Shown: positions 1 to 12,864 of the stretch, in pieces
Position numbering within the stretch: the stretch's first letter is position 1
Layout: every line of letters begins with the position of its first letter
Assembly: GCA_965637545.1 (NCBI GenBank)
Contig: OZ281499.1
Location: forward strand, 7,006,001-7,070,000
DNA from: Phallusia mammillata
Lineage: Eukaryota
Reading direction: 5' to 3'
DNA: 64,000 nt
Notes under the pieces: generated by a model
Databases searched by the model: none
What the model was told of the DNA's origin: nothing
What the model saw: only the letters and a program-made list of their open reading frames with translations
Made by a program: the position numbers and the translations under genes

Positions 1-96
1 GTACCGTCTCCTATTAATGGCCTTAGAAGCATTTTACATTGCATTTAAAAAAAATGAGGCTTGCCACTCATTTTCCGCGATTGTTGCGACTGAGCA

Positions 97-725
97 AGGC
101 CTGACTGCGTAAAGCGTCATCAGAGAAGGCCTGACTTTCGTGATTGTCGATTGGGAAAGGCCTGACTGCAATATAGAAGGCCTGACTTTCGTGATTGTCG
201 GTTACAGATAGCCTGACTGCGCAAAGCGTCATCAGAGAACGCCTGACTTTCGTGATTGTCGATTGGAAAAGGCCTGACTTTCGTGATTGTCGGTTACAGA
301 TAGCCTGACTGCGCAAAGCGTCATCAGAGAAGGCCTGACTTTCGTGATTGTCGATTGGGAAAGGCCTGACTTTCGTGATTGTCGGTTACAGATAGCCTGA
401 CTGCGCAAAGTGTCATCAGAGAAGGCCTGACTTTCGTGACTGTCGATTTGGAAAGGCCTGACTGCAATATAAAAGGCCTGACTTGGGTGATTGTCGATTT
501 GGCGAGACCTGACTGCGTAAAGCGTCATCAGAGAAGGCCTGACTTTCGTGATTGTCGATTGGGAAGGCCTGACTGCAATATAGAAGGCCTGACTTGGTGA
601 TTGTCGATTTGGAGAGGCCTGACTGCGTAAAGCGTCATCAGAGAAGACCTGACTTTCGTGATTGTCGACTGGGAAAGGCCTGACTGCGTAAAGCGTCTTT
701 AGAGAAAGCCTGACTTAGGTGATTG
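97..725. repeat. Left arm: modular satellite (AGGCCTGACT core plus about 4 alternative 10-22 bp modules)
   Basis: Repeated AGGCCTGACT followed by TTCGTGATTGTCGATTGGGAA, GCAATATAGA, TTCGTGATTGTCGGTTACAGAT or GCGTAAAGCGTCATCAGAGA. Confidence 0.95.
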
Positions 726-775
726 TCAATTACAATAGGCTGAGTAGGGGCATAGGGGAATTGATTACAATAGGG

Positions 776-1365
776 CAGGGGTCGCCAACCCGCGGCTCCG
801 GAGCCGCATGCGGCTCTTTGATCCCTCTGAAGCGGCTTAGTTTTTGAATTTACCAAATGTTGTACATTTTAATAAAAAATATGTGACGATTATGCCGAAC
901 ACGAAAATTGAAGTGCTGTAGCATGACTGAACTCGCTTGTTGTAGTTACCTGTAACCCCTTCTATATACCATCAAACGTGAGGTCTGAAAGAGGCAAACT
1001 GGCGGCGCGCAGGTTAATACGCAATATGAGACAATTAGACTGTTTTTGTTTGCAGTGTGTGTGCGCGCGTAACAATAGCTGTTTGTTAATTGTTACGTAA
1101 CAAACGCGTTAACAAAGGAATACAAATCTGCAAAAACAGAATATGCAACGCTACGTAAAGTTGTTTTCTCTGCTGACGAGACTAGTATGCCAGTGTGTCC
1201 ATGCAACGAAACACTAGCTAACAACAAAAAGTCGAATGTCATAAGACTAAAAACGTTTTGCATTTGATTTTAAATTTTAAAACGACTTTGTGGCTCCCAG
1301 TGTTTTTTTTACTACGTGAAACTGGTCCGAGCGGCTCTTTGGGTAGTAAAGGTTGGCGACCCCTT
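776..1365. mobile_element. hAT-type MITE
   Basis: TIRs CAGGGGTCGCCAACC / GGTTGGCGACCCCTT. 8-bp TSD CAATAGGG at 768-775 and 1366-1373. Confidence 0.92.
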
Positions 1366-1639
1366 CAATAGGGGAATTGACTGTCGCATATTGTGTGTTG
1401 TACTATGATATGTTTCATTTTGCATTTATTTGGTCTCGTTTCGTAGTATGGTCTCGCAGGTGTGGACTTTGAACCCCCACAAATGCGCAGGCAATAAGGC
1501 ATCACGCCATCCCTGTCACGGATTGAACATTAAATGCACCCCCTTACTTATCAGTGTTTTCCTTCAAGATTACAAAGTGTATTTTTTGCGTGTAATGGGA
1601 AGAAGTGCCGCGTTAATACAATTTGTAATTGACTAAAGC

Positions 1640-3243
1640 GAATAGCTTGGTGGATTTATTACAAAAATATGCTTTGCACCAGATCTTATGATTATAATGT
1701 ATTTGCCAGATATGGTTGCACATACACGAAAAATTCTTAAGTTAGGTCCAAAGTACAAGCACCTGCTTTCCTACGACACAACCTTTACTTTGGGAGATTT
1801 TTACATTTCTCCTCTCGTGGGTAGAAACGTTTTTCTTGAAGGGGATCCAGTTTTTCTTCATGAAAGTTTTTGCTTCATGAAAGAAAGTTTCAGGTTTTGC
1901 ATCAGGATTTCCTGAGGTCAATTTTTTCAACGATTGGATTGGAGATCGTTGCTGAGATGCCGATCGTGATTGATCGCGAGAAAGGAATTTTTAATGCACT
2001 GCAGCACTCGTGTCCCCAACTTCAACTTGTATTTTGTTTTAACCACATCATTCGTGACGTTGAAACCTGGTTGAAAAAACACGGTGGCCAAAAAGACGAT
2101 ATGAAGGTATACAAAGACGATTTGGAGCAACTGGTCAATTCAGATTCACTTCAGAAGTTTGATGACATCTTTCTTCAGCGTTCAAAGAATTGGTCGCAGT
2201 TATTCAGTGAATATTATTTGAAACATCTTAAAAAAGACCTTTTAAGCCACACTTGTCGGTTTGTCACCAACAAGTTTTCAGCATTTGGGGACGACATCGT
2301 GTGCACTAATAACATTTCTGAATCATTCAACAAAGTTCTTAATGGTCGAAGATGCCAGTCGACTGCATGGTACTTGCTCTACATCGTTATCAAGTGTATA
2401 CATTGTATGAGTTTGAAAGAAGTTTTTGTGGTTTTGGAAATGGTACCCCCAAATCGGAATTTACTATTAAAGAAGTACAGGAATGCAAATGGGCCCACAA
2501 AAAATACCATCGGCAGGATCGATTGTAAAGGAAATTAAGAGCAAGTTTCAACCTGGTGCAAAGTCTGTGGAAAAACACCCAACGCACCGCACGTCACAGA
2601 AAGCTTTGGCAGTTGATTGCGTAAAAAATAATGCCGTTACACTGTCATCTTCTATCCAAACCTTTACAGTATACAACAGGTTTTCTAAATTATCGCACGC
2701 AGTACAACTTTTTCCAAAATCAAGATGTTCATGTAACAGTACTGGCAAGTGTTTTCACATTTACGCGGTAGAAATGGCAATCGGAGTTTCACTTGGAGAC
2801 AAAAAAAACTATTCTCTGTCCATGCCTCATTCGATTCAACTTGTGCAAGAAATTAGGTTGTACACACGATGTTGACGAGAAAAGGTTCACCCTCCCCCAA
2901 CCCAATCGTCAAGTTGACAACACAAGAAAAAAAACGAGTTTGTGGGGCAATAACGGCGAAAATGTTTGAGCCTAAGGTACGCAAAGTGTTGAATTTTAAA
3001 CTGCAAAACCATTAACCGCGTTTTGTTGGTATAGGTCACCAGTGAATCCGGCAAATTTTTTCTGGCCGACAACCTTCATAACTCCATTAGTGGCTGGTCT
3101 GATTGTTCAGCGCCTTGGTGTAACGTAGGTTTTACTGAAAGGGAGATGCAATACATGTGCTGTGTGTGCCGAAGATGGATTCACTCAACATGCGGAGAAG
3201 TTTCGTCCGCGTCATTATACTATGTGTGTAAATTATGCAATTA
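1640..3243 (+). pseudogene. MULE transposase (DDE + SWIM + C-terminal PHD-like finger), frameshifted and 5'-truncated
   Basis: SYDTTF (D1), VIDREKG (D2), CFNH (CxxH) and TNNISESFN (E) across ORFs 1688-1915 and 1870-2538. SWIM motif CSCNSTGKCFH in 2483-2875. CCVCRRWIHSTC...CKLC near 3155-3240. Confidence 0.88.
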
Positions 3244-3459
3244 ATACTTCCCAAGACCGGCCACAACATGTTCAATAAATACCTTTCGTTTTGTGTTGAC
3301 CATGTGTTTGATGCAAGCAGTATATGGTTGCGACTTACCTTTTTATTTACATATAGAATATTTTGGATCGTTTGTAACTAGGTCTAGAATGCACTGCTTT
3401 AATTTAAAAAACGCTAAACGACACGTTGGCGCATTACTACAAAAAGCTCTTAATCTTCT

Positions 3460-5358
3460 GCGCAGTCAGGCCTTTGTCCAATCGACAATCACGAAAGCCG
3501 CAGTCAGGCCTTTTCCAATCGACAATCACCCAAGTCAGGCCTTCTCTGATGACACTTTACGTAGTCAGGCCTTCTGTAACCGACAATGACGAAAGTCAGG
3601 CCTTTCCAAATCGACAATCACCCAATTCAGGCCTTCTATATTGCAGTCAGGCCTTCTGTAATCGACAATCACCCAAGTCAGGCCTTCTCTGATGACACTT
3701 TACGTAGTCAGGCCTTCTGTAACCGACAATAACGAAAGTCAGGCCTTTCCAAATCGACAATCACCCAATTCAGGCCTTCTATATTGCAGTCAGGCCTTTC
3801 CAAATCGACAATCACCCCAGTCAGGCCTTTCCCAATCGACAATCACCCAAGTCAGGCCTTCTCTGATGACACTTTACGTAGTCAGGCATTCTGTTACCGA
3901 CAATAACGAAAGTCAGGCCTTTCCCAATCGACAATCACCCAAGTCAGGCTTTCTCTGATGACGCTTTACGCAGTCAGGCCTTCTGTAACCGACAATAACG
4001 AAAGTCAGGCTTTTCCAAATCGACAATCACGAAAGTCAAGCCTTCTATATTGCAGTGAGGCCTTTCCAAATCGACAATCACCCAAGTTAGGCCTTCTATA
4101 TTGCAGTCAAGCCTTTCCCAATCGACAATCACAAAAGTCAGGCTTTCTCTGATGACACTTTACGTAGTCCGGCCTTCTGTAACCGACAATAACGATAGTC
4201 AGGCCTTTCCCAATCGACAATCACCCAAGTCAGGCTTTCTCTGATGACGCTTTACGAAGTCAGGCCTTCTGTAACCGACAATAACGAAAGTCAGGCCTTT
4301 CCCAATCGACAATCACCCAAGTCAGGCTTTCTCTGATGACGCTTTACGACGTCAGGCCTTCTGTAACCGACAATAACGAAAGTCAGGCCTTTTCCAATCG
4401 ACAATCACCCAAGTTAGGCCTTCTATATTGCAGTCAAGCCTTTTCCGATCGACAATCACGAAAGTCAGGCCTTCTCTGATGACACTTTACCTAGTCAGGC
4501 CTTCTGTAACCGACAATAACGAAAGTCAGGCCTTTCCCAATCGACAATCACCCAAGTCAGGCTTTCTCTGATGACGCTTTACGCAGTTAGGCCTTCTGTA
4601 ACCGACAATAACGAAAGTCAGGCCTTCTATATTGCAGTCAGGCCTTTCCAAATCGACAATCACCCCAGTTAGGCCTTCTATATTGCAGTCAGGCCTTTCC
4701 AAATCGACAATCACCCAAGTTAGGCCTTCTATATTGCAGTCAGGCCTTTTCCGATCGACAATCACGAAAGTCAGGCCTTCTCTGATGACACTTTACGTAG
4801 TCAGGCCTTTCCCAGTCGACAATCACGAAAGTCAGGCCTTTCCCAATCGACAATCACCCAAGTCAGGCTTTCTCTGATGACGCTTTACGCAGTCAGGCCT
4901 TCTGTAACCGACAATAACGAAAGTCAGGCCTTCTATATTGCAGTCAGGCCTTTCCAAATCGACAATCACCCCAGTTAGGCCTTCTATATTGCAGTCAGGC
5001 CTTTTCCGATCGACAATCACCCAAGTCAGGCCTTCTCTGATGACACTTTACGTAGTCAGGCCTTGTGTAACCGACAATAACGAAAGTCAGGCCTTTCCCA
5101 ATCGACATTCACCCAAGTCAGGCCTTCTCTGTTGACGCTTTACGCAGTCAGGCCTTCTGTAACCGACAATAACGAATGTCAGGCCTTTCCCAATCGACAA
5201 TCACGAAAGTCAGGCCTACTCTGATGAAGCCTTACGCAGTCAGGTTATTCCCAATCAAGAGTAGTCACACTTTTCAAATAAGTCAGTCCGAAAAATATTT
5301 TGTGAAGCACTGCCGCCAAAGTCAGGCCAGTCAGGCGGTCAGGCTTTTAGTCAAACCC
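3460..5358. repeat. Right arm: inverted copy of the modular satellite (AGTCAGGCCT core)
   Basis: About 1.9 kb of AGTCAGGCCT plus the same modules, in opposite orientation to 97-725. Confidence 0.95.
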
Positions 5359-6149
5359 ACATTTGAATCTGCATGCCAAGATATCCTAATGAATTCGGTC
5401 ATCATCTGTTACCGATTCTTCTTCACTCGTTGCACTGGATTTCATTTGCTGCACTCAGTTGCTTTCCATTTTTTGCCATACTTTGCACACATTTTACACA
5501 TTACCGGCCCTTTTTCTGTTACTGTGTTTTGAATATTAGGTGATCTAGTTTTAAATGTATTGCCATATCTACCGACTACATCGCAATGAGGTGAGCGAAT
5601 TATGGTTGTGCCTGTCCGGGCGTTCCATGCTTGTATGCCATGTTTGTTAATATTCTTGTTTTTCCTGCTTCTTGTTTGTATGGCATTCTTTCAAAACTCG
5701 AATTTGTCTTTCTACACCATTGTTGGTTCCAATGAGTACTTTTAATCGATCCGCTCGATATAACCACAGCCAATGCTAAAACATATATGTGCATAAATTT
5801 ACTGCTCCTTTGAATATACAATCATTCTTACTTCATTCTGTAATAGCCTTTGACATTATCTGTCCACAAAACATTTGTAAAAAAAACTGAGATGCCCCGT
5901 TTAATAAAAGTTCTATTAACAAGTTGGTGCTTTTCATCAACAGAAATATACTTACCATAAAAGTTTTGATATTGCTGTGGTTTTGGTAATGTTATTCTTT
6001 GTGCCAAGTTTGCGAAAGTGGAAACTTTGTTGGTCCTGTCTTGAACCATTCTATCTTTACAATACACAACATTATATAACACACACTTCGTATTTATTTT
6101 GTTTACATGCCCACAGACTATATACATACAGTAAATGTAAAAAACAAAT

Positions 6150-6830
6150 TTTATTCACATATGAAATTGTTGTTGCCACTGAGTAAGGTGTATACAAGAA
6201 GTATATGGAGCTGCTGGTGACAGCGACAGCACAAAATCTGGTCAGTTGCTAATTTTGTTTTACAGGCAATGCATGTTGTTTTACTACTGAAATTCAAATT
6301 GCAATTTTCTCAAATGGCTTGAAAAGTTATTTTCTGTATTCCGAAGAAGAACCGGATGGTAGCATTAGACTTTCCTCCTGAACAATCCACTTTGCATACA
6401 TGCAAACATACACACCACAGCTAGTGAAATCTGAAGAGTGTGGGGTGGTGTTTTTGTATTGTGGCAGAATTTTTTTTGTCCAATAATGTGTTGACAATTG
6501 GTGTTGCTTTAATAGCATTTATATCTGCAGTCATTGAATAGTTTTCATTCGGATCTAAAAAAATTGGAATATGATTACCAATATCTACAGTTAGTTGACG
6601 TCTAGTTGTATTCCTAGGTACAAAAACAAATTTTATGTTGTCAAGGGGATTGTATTTCCACAATCTGGATACTGAGCCACCCGTTTCTATGACTTGCATA
6701 ATGGTGGAGGATACATACAGGCAGTTGGTGTTGGAGTTGCAAGACATCCATAAAAAAACATTGATGATTTCGTCAAATATAGTCATCCACTTCGAAACTA
6801 TAGTCGTCCACTTTGGAGCCAAACGTTGAT
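6150..6830 (-). pseudogene. Ulp1/SENP-like (C48) protease + PHD-like finger fragment
   Basis: DEIINVFL, FVFVP.N, FLDP and DFTSCGVYVCMYA across frames 6421-6822 and 6327-6518, followed by CIACK...CCRCHQQLH at ~6275-6205. Confidence 0.65.
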
Positions 6831-7991
6831 TTCCAAAGAAGACTATTGTTGCTGATTAAAAAGATGTTTTGCGGCTAAATATCATCTGCTGTTAAAATTC
6901 GCTTAAGGCAGTGTTTTACTATGTTTTTTGGTCTGTTGTGTAGGTAGAGGGGTAGATTAGATCTGTACCCCTAGTAAGTAAATCGATTTTCAGTTTTACA
7001 CCTATGCAAAAAAATTAACGACATTTATTCACTGCTGAAATTTAGCTTGTCGATTTTAAATCTGATGTATGATTGTTTTAAAATCCTGTTTTGCCGTTTA
7101 AAACCATTGTTTGTACAAATTTGTCCCCGAGTTGTATTTTTGCGATAAAGCCAAACCCATCGCCGAAGCGAAATGTACACACTATGGTTTTGAAGGTTGT
7201 GCATTGCTTGTTGGAAGCATCCTCGTCAGATGGCGATGCAACTGCCCTGATAGAACGAAAGCAGTTTCAGTCTTTCTAACACAGCGTTCCCAGGCCTGCT
7301 CACTGTTGAAATCGCAGATGACGACCACACTATCTACAAGGAATATTGTCAAATAAAGCTTCCCAGATAACATTTTTTAGTCGGCGTTACGTTGGTCGTA
7401 CTGTTGCTTTTAATCGGCCCAACTTTGTCGGTAAAATGTTGGAGTAATGTGTTTTTTGCTTATCGGCCCACGGTTGGCTGCGAGTTGGCGTGAACCTTAG
7501 ACCAACTTTGGGCCAACTGGTCTTTGAAAATCAATTGGAATAACCAACGTTCCCCCAAGTATCAATAGTGATGGCCCGACGTAATTTCTCTAACTTTCGC
7601 CTTCGTAGAACCAACATTAGCACACAACCCTAATTCCCTACAATGGGCCAACAAAAGCACACAACGTTCTGTTGAAACAAAAGTTTATTAAACAAACGAA
7701 TCCTACTCCATCAATCCTACTGCACTCTCTTCAGGGATCACGGCAAAGACGTGTCTGTAATGAAAGGCAAAAATGTTAATACTTGTACAATGGCAACTAA
7801 AAAGTTTAATTTACTTCCATAGTTACATTTGAGTTTAATTATTTCACTGAAATTAAGAGAGATTACACACTTAAATGTTTAGGTTCAAGATGGCACATGA
7901 ATTCAAAACACCATTAAACAGACAGCCAAGTTTAATTCGACAAACTGTATTAGATAGTGTTTTACACTTAAACTGGCAATGACCTGTACTT

Positions 7992-9567
7992 TCATTCAGC
8001 TCCTCCATCAACTTTTTTCTCTCCCTCTCTTTTCGCCCTCCACCTCTGTCTTTGGCGCAGCCAGTCTGTTATGATGTCATCAATTTCAGCACCTGTTGCT
8101 GTAGCTGTCTGGTGATTTTTTCGAACAGCATCTACAAAATAATTACTGGTAAAACTAGGTATACATTTAACCAAACAGTTTCTGTAGATTTTGGTCTGGT
8201 GTTTTTATTTGCTCAATTTTTTTCTTACTTTGAACCACTTTATGCAGCTTCAAAAGTCAAAAGGGTCGCTTTGACCCTTTACCCTTCATATTAAATTGTT
8301 GTGCTACAGTATACCCCAAAAGGTGGCGCATGATATTTCTGGTTGTGTTTGCCACATCTTTTCCACCAATGCCAAGGAATGATGTCTAAATTGGTACAAG
8401 CAACAAATAACAGAAGTGCTACTACAAAGTTGGATATTTATAACTTTTTCTAACATGTACACAGCATTATGAATGATAGGACTTGAGCTTTCTTTTGACT
8501 CATCACTAAACAATTGCAAACTCTGTTAAACTTACCAGCTGTTTTTCTGTTTTACAGTCACTTAATAGTTATAGTTTCCATATTGTCCAAAGGAAGTTCA
8601 ATTCCTAGTGGCAGTATTACTTCTGACAGTGAATTGGCATTGGCCAATGACCGAATAAGGGATGTGTTGTTTGCAATTTGCAACTTTATTTGCTCCAAAC
8701 TGGCAAGTGTCTTTTTTTCAACAGCTGAAAACATGCCAAAGTAACATTTGTAAACACTACAAACTTTAAATTCTTAAAAAAATCACTTACTGGTAGGTAA
8801 TGTGTAATAGGGTCTCTCAATAGTTCTCTGTGTGGAGGCAGTTTTGCTTTTGTGCCTTCTTGTCGATTCAATTGATGATGAGGATGGAGAGACCTCAATA
8901 GTGTCATATGAGCTTACAATGTGGTGTATCTCTGATGTAAATACTTCATTGTTTAGCAGTTGCTCTTTTAATTGACTTTCTGTAATGGCACTGCTTGTTC
9001 TTAAAAGTGGAACAACTGGTGCCGGACGCTTTTTAGGGAGGGAGCACACTTTATCTTCTGTATCTTCATCATCATATCGGACGATTGGCCTAAATAAACA
9101 ATTTAAACTGGTGACAAATATGTTGGTATCATATTTTCTATATATGCTGCATTTACATATTGCAGTTTTACTTATAATACAACTATGCCAACATCATCTT
9201 GCCTCTTTTTAGGCTTTGCTTTTGGAGTGTGGTCTGTATCCGTTTGGAGATCTGAAAAGTCTTCCGCCAACTTTAACTTCTCACGTGCTTTGAAATATGA
9301 ATCTGCACATAAACACCATTAAAATGCACTAAATGCGGAAAAAAAACTTTTAAACAACTAACCAGTTTGGTACATTATTCTTTCAATGCCATACTTTGGC
9401 CAGGATGGAAGTGCATTAATTTGATTCTTTACAGCTTTGGTAATTTTTGTATTATCTTGATATGGAGGCCAGCGGCAGCACTGACCATCATTCTCCAGCC
9501 ATAATTGTGGAATTATTTCCACACTACATTCACCATCATGTTGTGTAAATTCAACCACAGCATACAT
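7992..9567 (-). pseudogene. CACTA accessory gene (DUF4806-type architecture), multi-exon
   Basis: N-terminal MYAVVEF...VEIIPQLWL...CRWPP and a following exon with AREKLKLAEDFSDL. C-terminal EIDDIITDWLR. GT-AG introns are visible. Confidence 0.7.
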
Positions 9568-9789
9568 TTTCAGTTACTCAAGAAATCTGCAACAACAAAA
9601 AATTGAAGTAAAAACACATACCTACAAGCAGCGAAAAACTACAATGGTTCATTTTACCATTGTTCACAATGACTTACAGCAAAAAGGATACCTATGTATA
9701 TATTCATCACATTACTCCATAGTATTTATTTGCTTTATCCCCAACTAATTACATGTTAAAAGCAGTCAGGTGTAAAAAAAACACAATTT

Positions 9790-11913
9790 CAGAAATGGAA
9801 TTCTCAGAGTAACAAAACATTTAATGTGTGGAAATTTGGTACTGCTTGGAAGTAAAAAGACACTAAAGCTCTGGAAGAACAACATATCCATTGTTATAGG
9901 GAAGACGAACAAACTTGTACTCAATTTCAGATAGCAGGGCAGTTTTCCATTTTCCAGACATACAGCAAACATAATTATAGTGTTCCGCAGCCTAGTGCTT
10001 TGTCAGAGACTAGACATAACACAAAGTGTTTGTTCATATGCTTTCGCTATTGCTCGCGCTCATAGAATGAAACGGCGTGGTCAATACGGTCACGTGATAT
10101 ACTGTTAGCATAGAGATCGTTTAATACTAATTGTAAACACTACATTCCTCCCTAAGTTATAGATGTTAAATCACAAAGTTATTTAACATAATACACAATG
10201 GCAGTTTGTTTGGAAATGACACTTACTGCTATATGAAAATACAAATAGGTATTCGGATACAGTTTGGCAAGATAACACAGTTCGTTTGACACTCATACTT
10301 GGCTTCTTATAAAAATGATGTTTGAAGTACGTTGTGAAAAAAAAGCACTATAGGTAAAGAAATGCAATATACAAGCAAATCAAATATTCATGCTAACACT
10401 TAAATGTAAGTACCATCTCTCAGGTGTTGAGGGGGTTTACGATTTCTAGTAGGGTAACGACGAACAGGGTCATTTTCCACAATATCATTTGCATTTTGTT
10501 CTTCACAAGGTGTTGTGTTATCATGGTCATATGTTAAGTACGGGTAATCATCATCTGTATGTACATCATGTTGTGATGATTTGTTTATTTTCTTAAAGAA
10601 TGATGAATTTCTGGTTACTGTTTTGTATTTGTTTTGTGCCTTTGATGTGTGTGACTGTGAATGCATTTGGATCATATGGAAGCATTAATTTCCCTTTCTT
10701 TCTTTTAAAAGAACTTTATCGCCAATTTGAAAATGCGATTCTTTTGCATGCACTCGGTTGTCAGCATATTTCTTCATCTTCTTTTTAGCATGCTCATCTG
10801 TGATACGAAGTTGTGTGTCTTCTCTCTTCTCATCAATGTGAGGAATGGTGATTTTATGAGGGTAGTTTCCTGCACAAAAGTAGCATTTCCTTAGTGCATT
10901 GAATGTTAGTGATGACATCATTGTATTTGGAAAAACAAAAGCCTTACTGCAGTTCTTAACACTCTAAGAGAGAAGAATCTTACATTGAACAAGAAAAAAT
11001 TTGAGTTTAACAAGTCTAAACTTGAATTCTTTGGATTTGTTGTGAGCAAATCAGGGCCAGTGTATAACAAAAACTGGCGAAATTCTGTTGCCTTCCATCT
11101 TTTAAAGTCATTTAAACCTCTGGGCCTCCGGGCAAATTCACTAGGTATATACTGTCGTAAAGTAAACAACGACTCTGATATACTTTTTATATGTCGGCTA
11201 CTGATTCGCAGCGGCAATGGGCCTTTTGACCATAAAAATATTAGGCGCTTCATTACACCCAAGCACACTGAATGCATATAGTCCAAAGGAAAGTTAGAGA
11301 CCATTCCAATATCAAGTGACAAAAGTGGTGACCTAGAGTCCTAGACATATGATGTTCTTCATCTATCATATCTTTAAATGAAGAATCCGTTCTCAGTTCC
11401 GCATTCTGTTGAAAGGTCATTCTATGATTTATCCAAGTGCCATGATCTGTGCACTTGTCACAACCGGCATATCCGTGTGCGAGGGTCTTTGGGGAGGTCA
11501 GGATGTTTTACTCTTAAAATACTCAACAAAGAATGTAATGCACATTGGGTGATTTTGCAGGATGTTGCCCACAAAGCAATTTCAGCCTGCAGGTTGAAAA
11601 TATCAGCATCATTTTTTAAACCCTGGTCTACAGAAAGCAAATTGTCATCAGAATGTTTCTCTTCGACTTGTAATTGCATGTCTGACTCAGTGTCACTTGA
11701 ACTTGTACTAACATTATTATCTGTAAAATGGTTAGAACTACTACCACTATTTTCCAAAAGACAGTTACCATTTTGTAACTCAACAGAATCCAAAGTTTGA
11801 GGATGGGGATTTGGGGAAGCTTTATTCTGAGAAGAAATTTCCAAATAGCACGCTTGAACTTTTTGCTTAACTCTACGTCGAATTGTCCAATACGATTTTT
11901 CTCTTGGAATCAT
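9790..11913 (-). pseudogene. EnSpm/CACTA transposase, internally deleted and interrupted by Gypsy DNA
   Basis: LLSILRVKHPDLPKDPRT; FPLDYMHSVCLGVMKRL; IPSEFARRPRGL..FKRWKATEFRQFLLYTGP. Confidence 0.88.
9981..11050 (-). mobile_element. Gypsy LTR retrotransposon remnant (short LTR, PPT, integrase C-terminus, inverted RT piece)
   Basis: Minus strand: KKMKKYADNR...FQIGDKVLL, VTRNSSFFK and RRYPTRNRKPP, then PPT GGGAGGAA followed by TGTAG (~10144). Plus-strand RT piece DDIIVFG...LTLNKKKFEFNKSKLEFFGFVVS at ~10895-11050. Confidence 0.75.
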
Positions 11914-12488
11914 TATAATTACAAATTAACACACTTAGTTTTTTAATGCACCAACAGTAGCACATAATATCACACAGTTTGTTAGATTTTATAATTTTTT
12001 TTTTACTTTTAATGAGCTGGTAGTTATAGCGCGAATATAGTTGGCGAGAACAAACAGAAAACGTTTCTGTCAAGATTACATTAAAATAATAATTTAAAAC
12101 TTCAATTTGCATGTAGTTTACAAAAATTCAACACATTTTTTTCACCAACCTTCCTCTTTGCTTTTGTCCACCGAAAGGGAAGAAAGGGCGCGAAATCGAA
12201 TCACGAGATCTGCAATTCATAGAAATAAAAAATTGTTGTAACTGTTATAGTTTTTTTTTATTAAAACAAACGTTTTTCACGACACCAACACAAATTTTCA
12301 CTAGTATTACTTTGTAGTAACTTTACTGAAAACTTTTTTACAAATTTGAGTCAAATTTTAAATCCCCAAACAAATTGTTTTGTCGGAAAACACACTGCCT
12401 CCAACAGTTTATACTTTACAACTACGTATATCACAATCAAGTGCAACAAAAATTTTAAGTAAAAAATGTTCAATGTATAGCGCCAACA

Positions 12489-12562
12489 TTTTTTTTTTTT
12501 TTCTTCACGGGATTCGAACCCAGGACTCTCCAGGGGACGAATCCCGATCAGATTGGCACACT
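12489..12562 (-). mobile_element. tRNA-type SINE, short copy
   Basis: Minus strand reads CTGATCGGGATTCGTCCCCTGGAGAGTCCTGGGTTCGAATCCCGTGAAG-polyA, with a B-box and flanking CCAACA repeats. Matches the 3' half of 40043-40178. Confidence 0.8.
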
Positions 12563-12864
12563 CCAACAGAAAACCAACGACAGAGCGCCATCGTCGGGAA
12601 AATGCTATTGAGTTTGTTTGTAGGTTTCAAACTTTACTTGTCAATAAATTATTTTACGCATTTCAAGGAGGTGTTGAGTTTTAACACTAGCAGTTAGCCA
12701 ACGTTTGTCCAATTATATATTTAGACGATTAGCCAACGCCAACCAAAAAGATGTTGGCCAACGGTTACCCTACTAAGCCTTGCTATCTGAGTATTAACAG
12801 AAAATACTGCAAAGCTGAGATTGCTCATTTTGGTAGCACAGATTCATCAAACAACTGTTTAGCA

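Larger units (their letters stand above)
97..5358 (+). mobile_element. Mutator/MULE DNA transposon with Foldback-like inverted arms built from tandem repeats
   Basis: The repeat array at 97-725 is the reverse complement of the array at 3460-5358, and the two enclose a MULE transposase pseudogene. The right end is ...AGGCTTTTAGTCAAACCC. No matching left terminus is seen. Confidence 0.8.
7362..12791 (-). mobile_element. EnSpm/CACTA (CMC) element, animal type, two genes
   Basis: Imperfect TIRs: CCCAGATAACA...TTAGTCGG...CGTTGG at 7362 and the reverse complement of TGCTATCTGAG at 12791. CCAAC/GTTGG subterminal repeats at both ends. Transposase and accessory gene inside. The 2-bp TSD is not clean. 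Confidence 0.8.

Noticed and set aside
3460-5260. CRISPR-like repeat/spacer appearance
   Set aside because: The 'spacers' are a few recurring modules, the core is only 10 bp, there are no cas genes, and the context is a eukaryotic TE.
68-5532. Short ORFs within the satellite arms (68-856 and 3293-5532)
   Set aside because: These are translations of the tandem repeat, not genes.
12302-12310. TAGTATTAC nonanucleotide (CRESS origin motif)
   Set aside because: No flanking stem. It lies inside the CACTA element ~3 kb from the Rep gene and is plausibly chance in AT-rich DNA.
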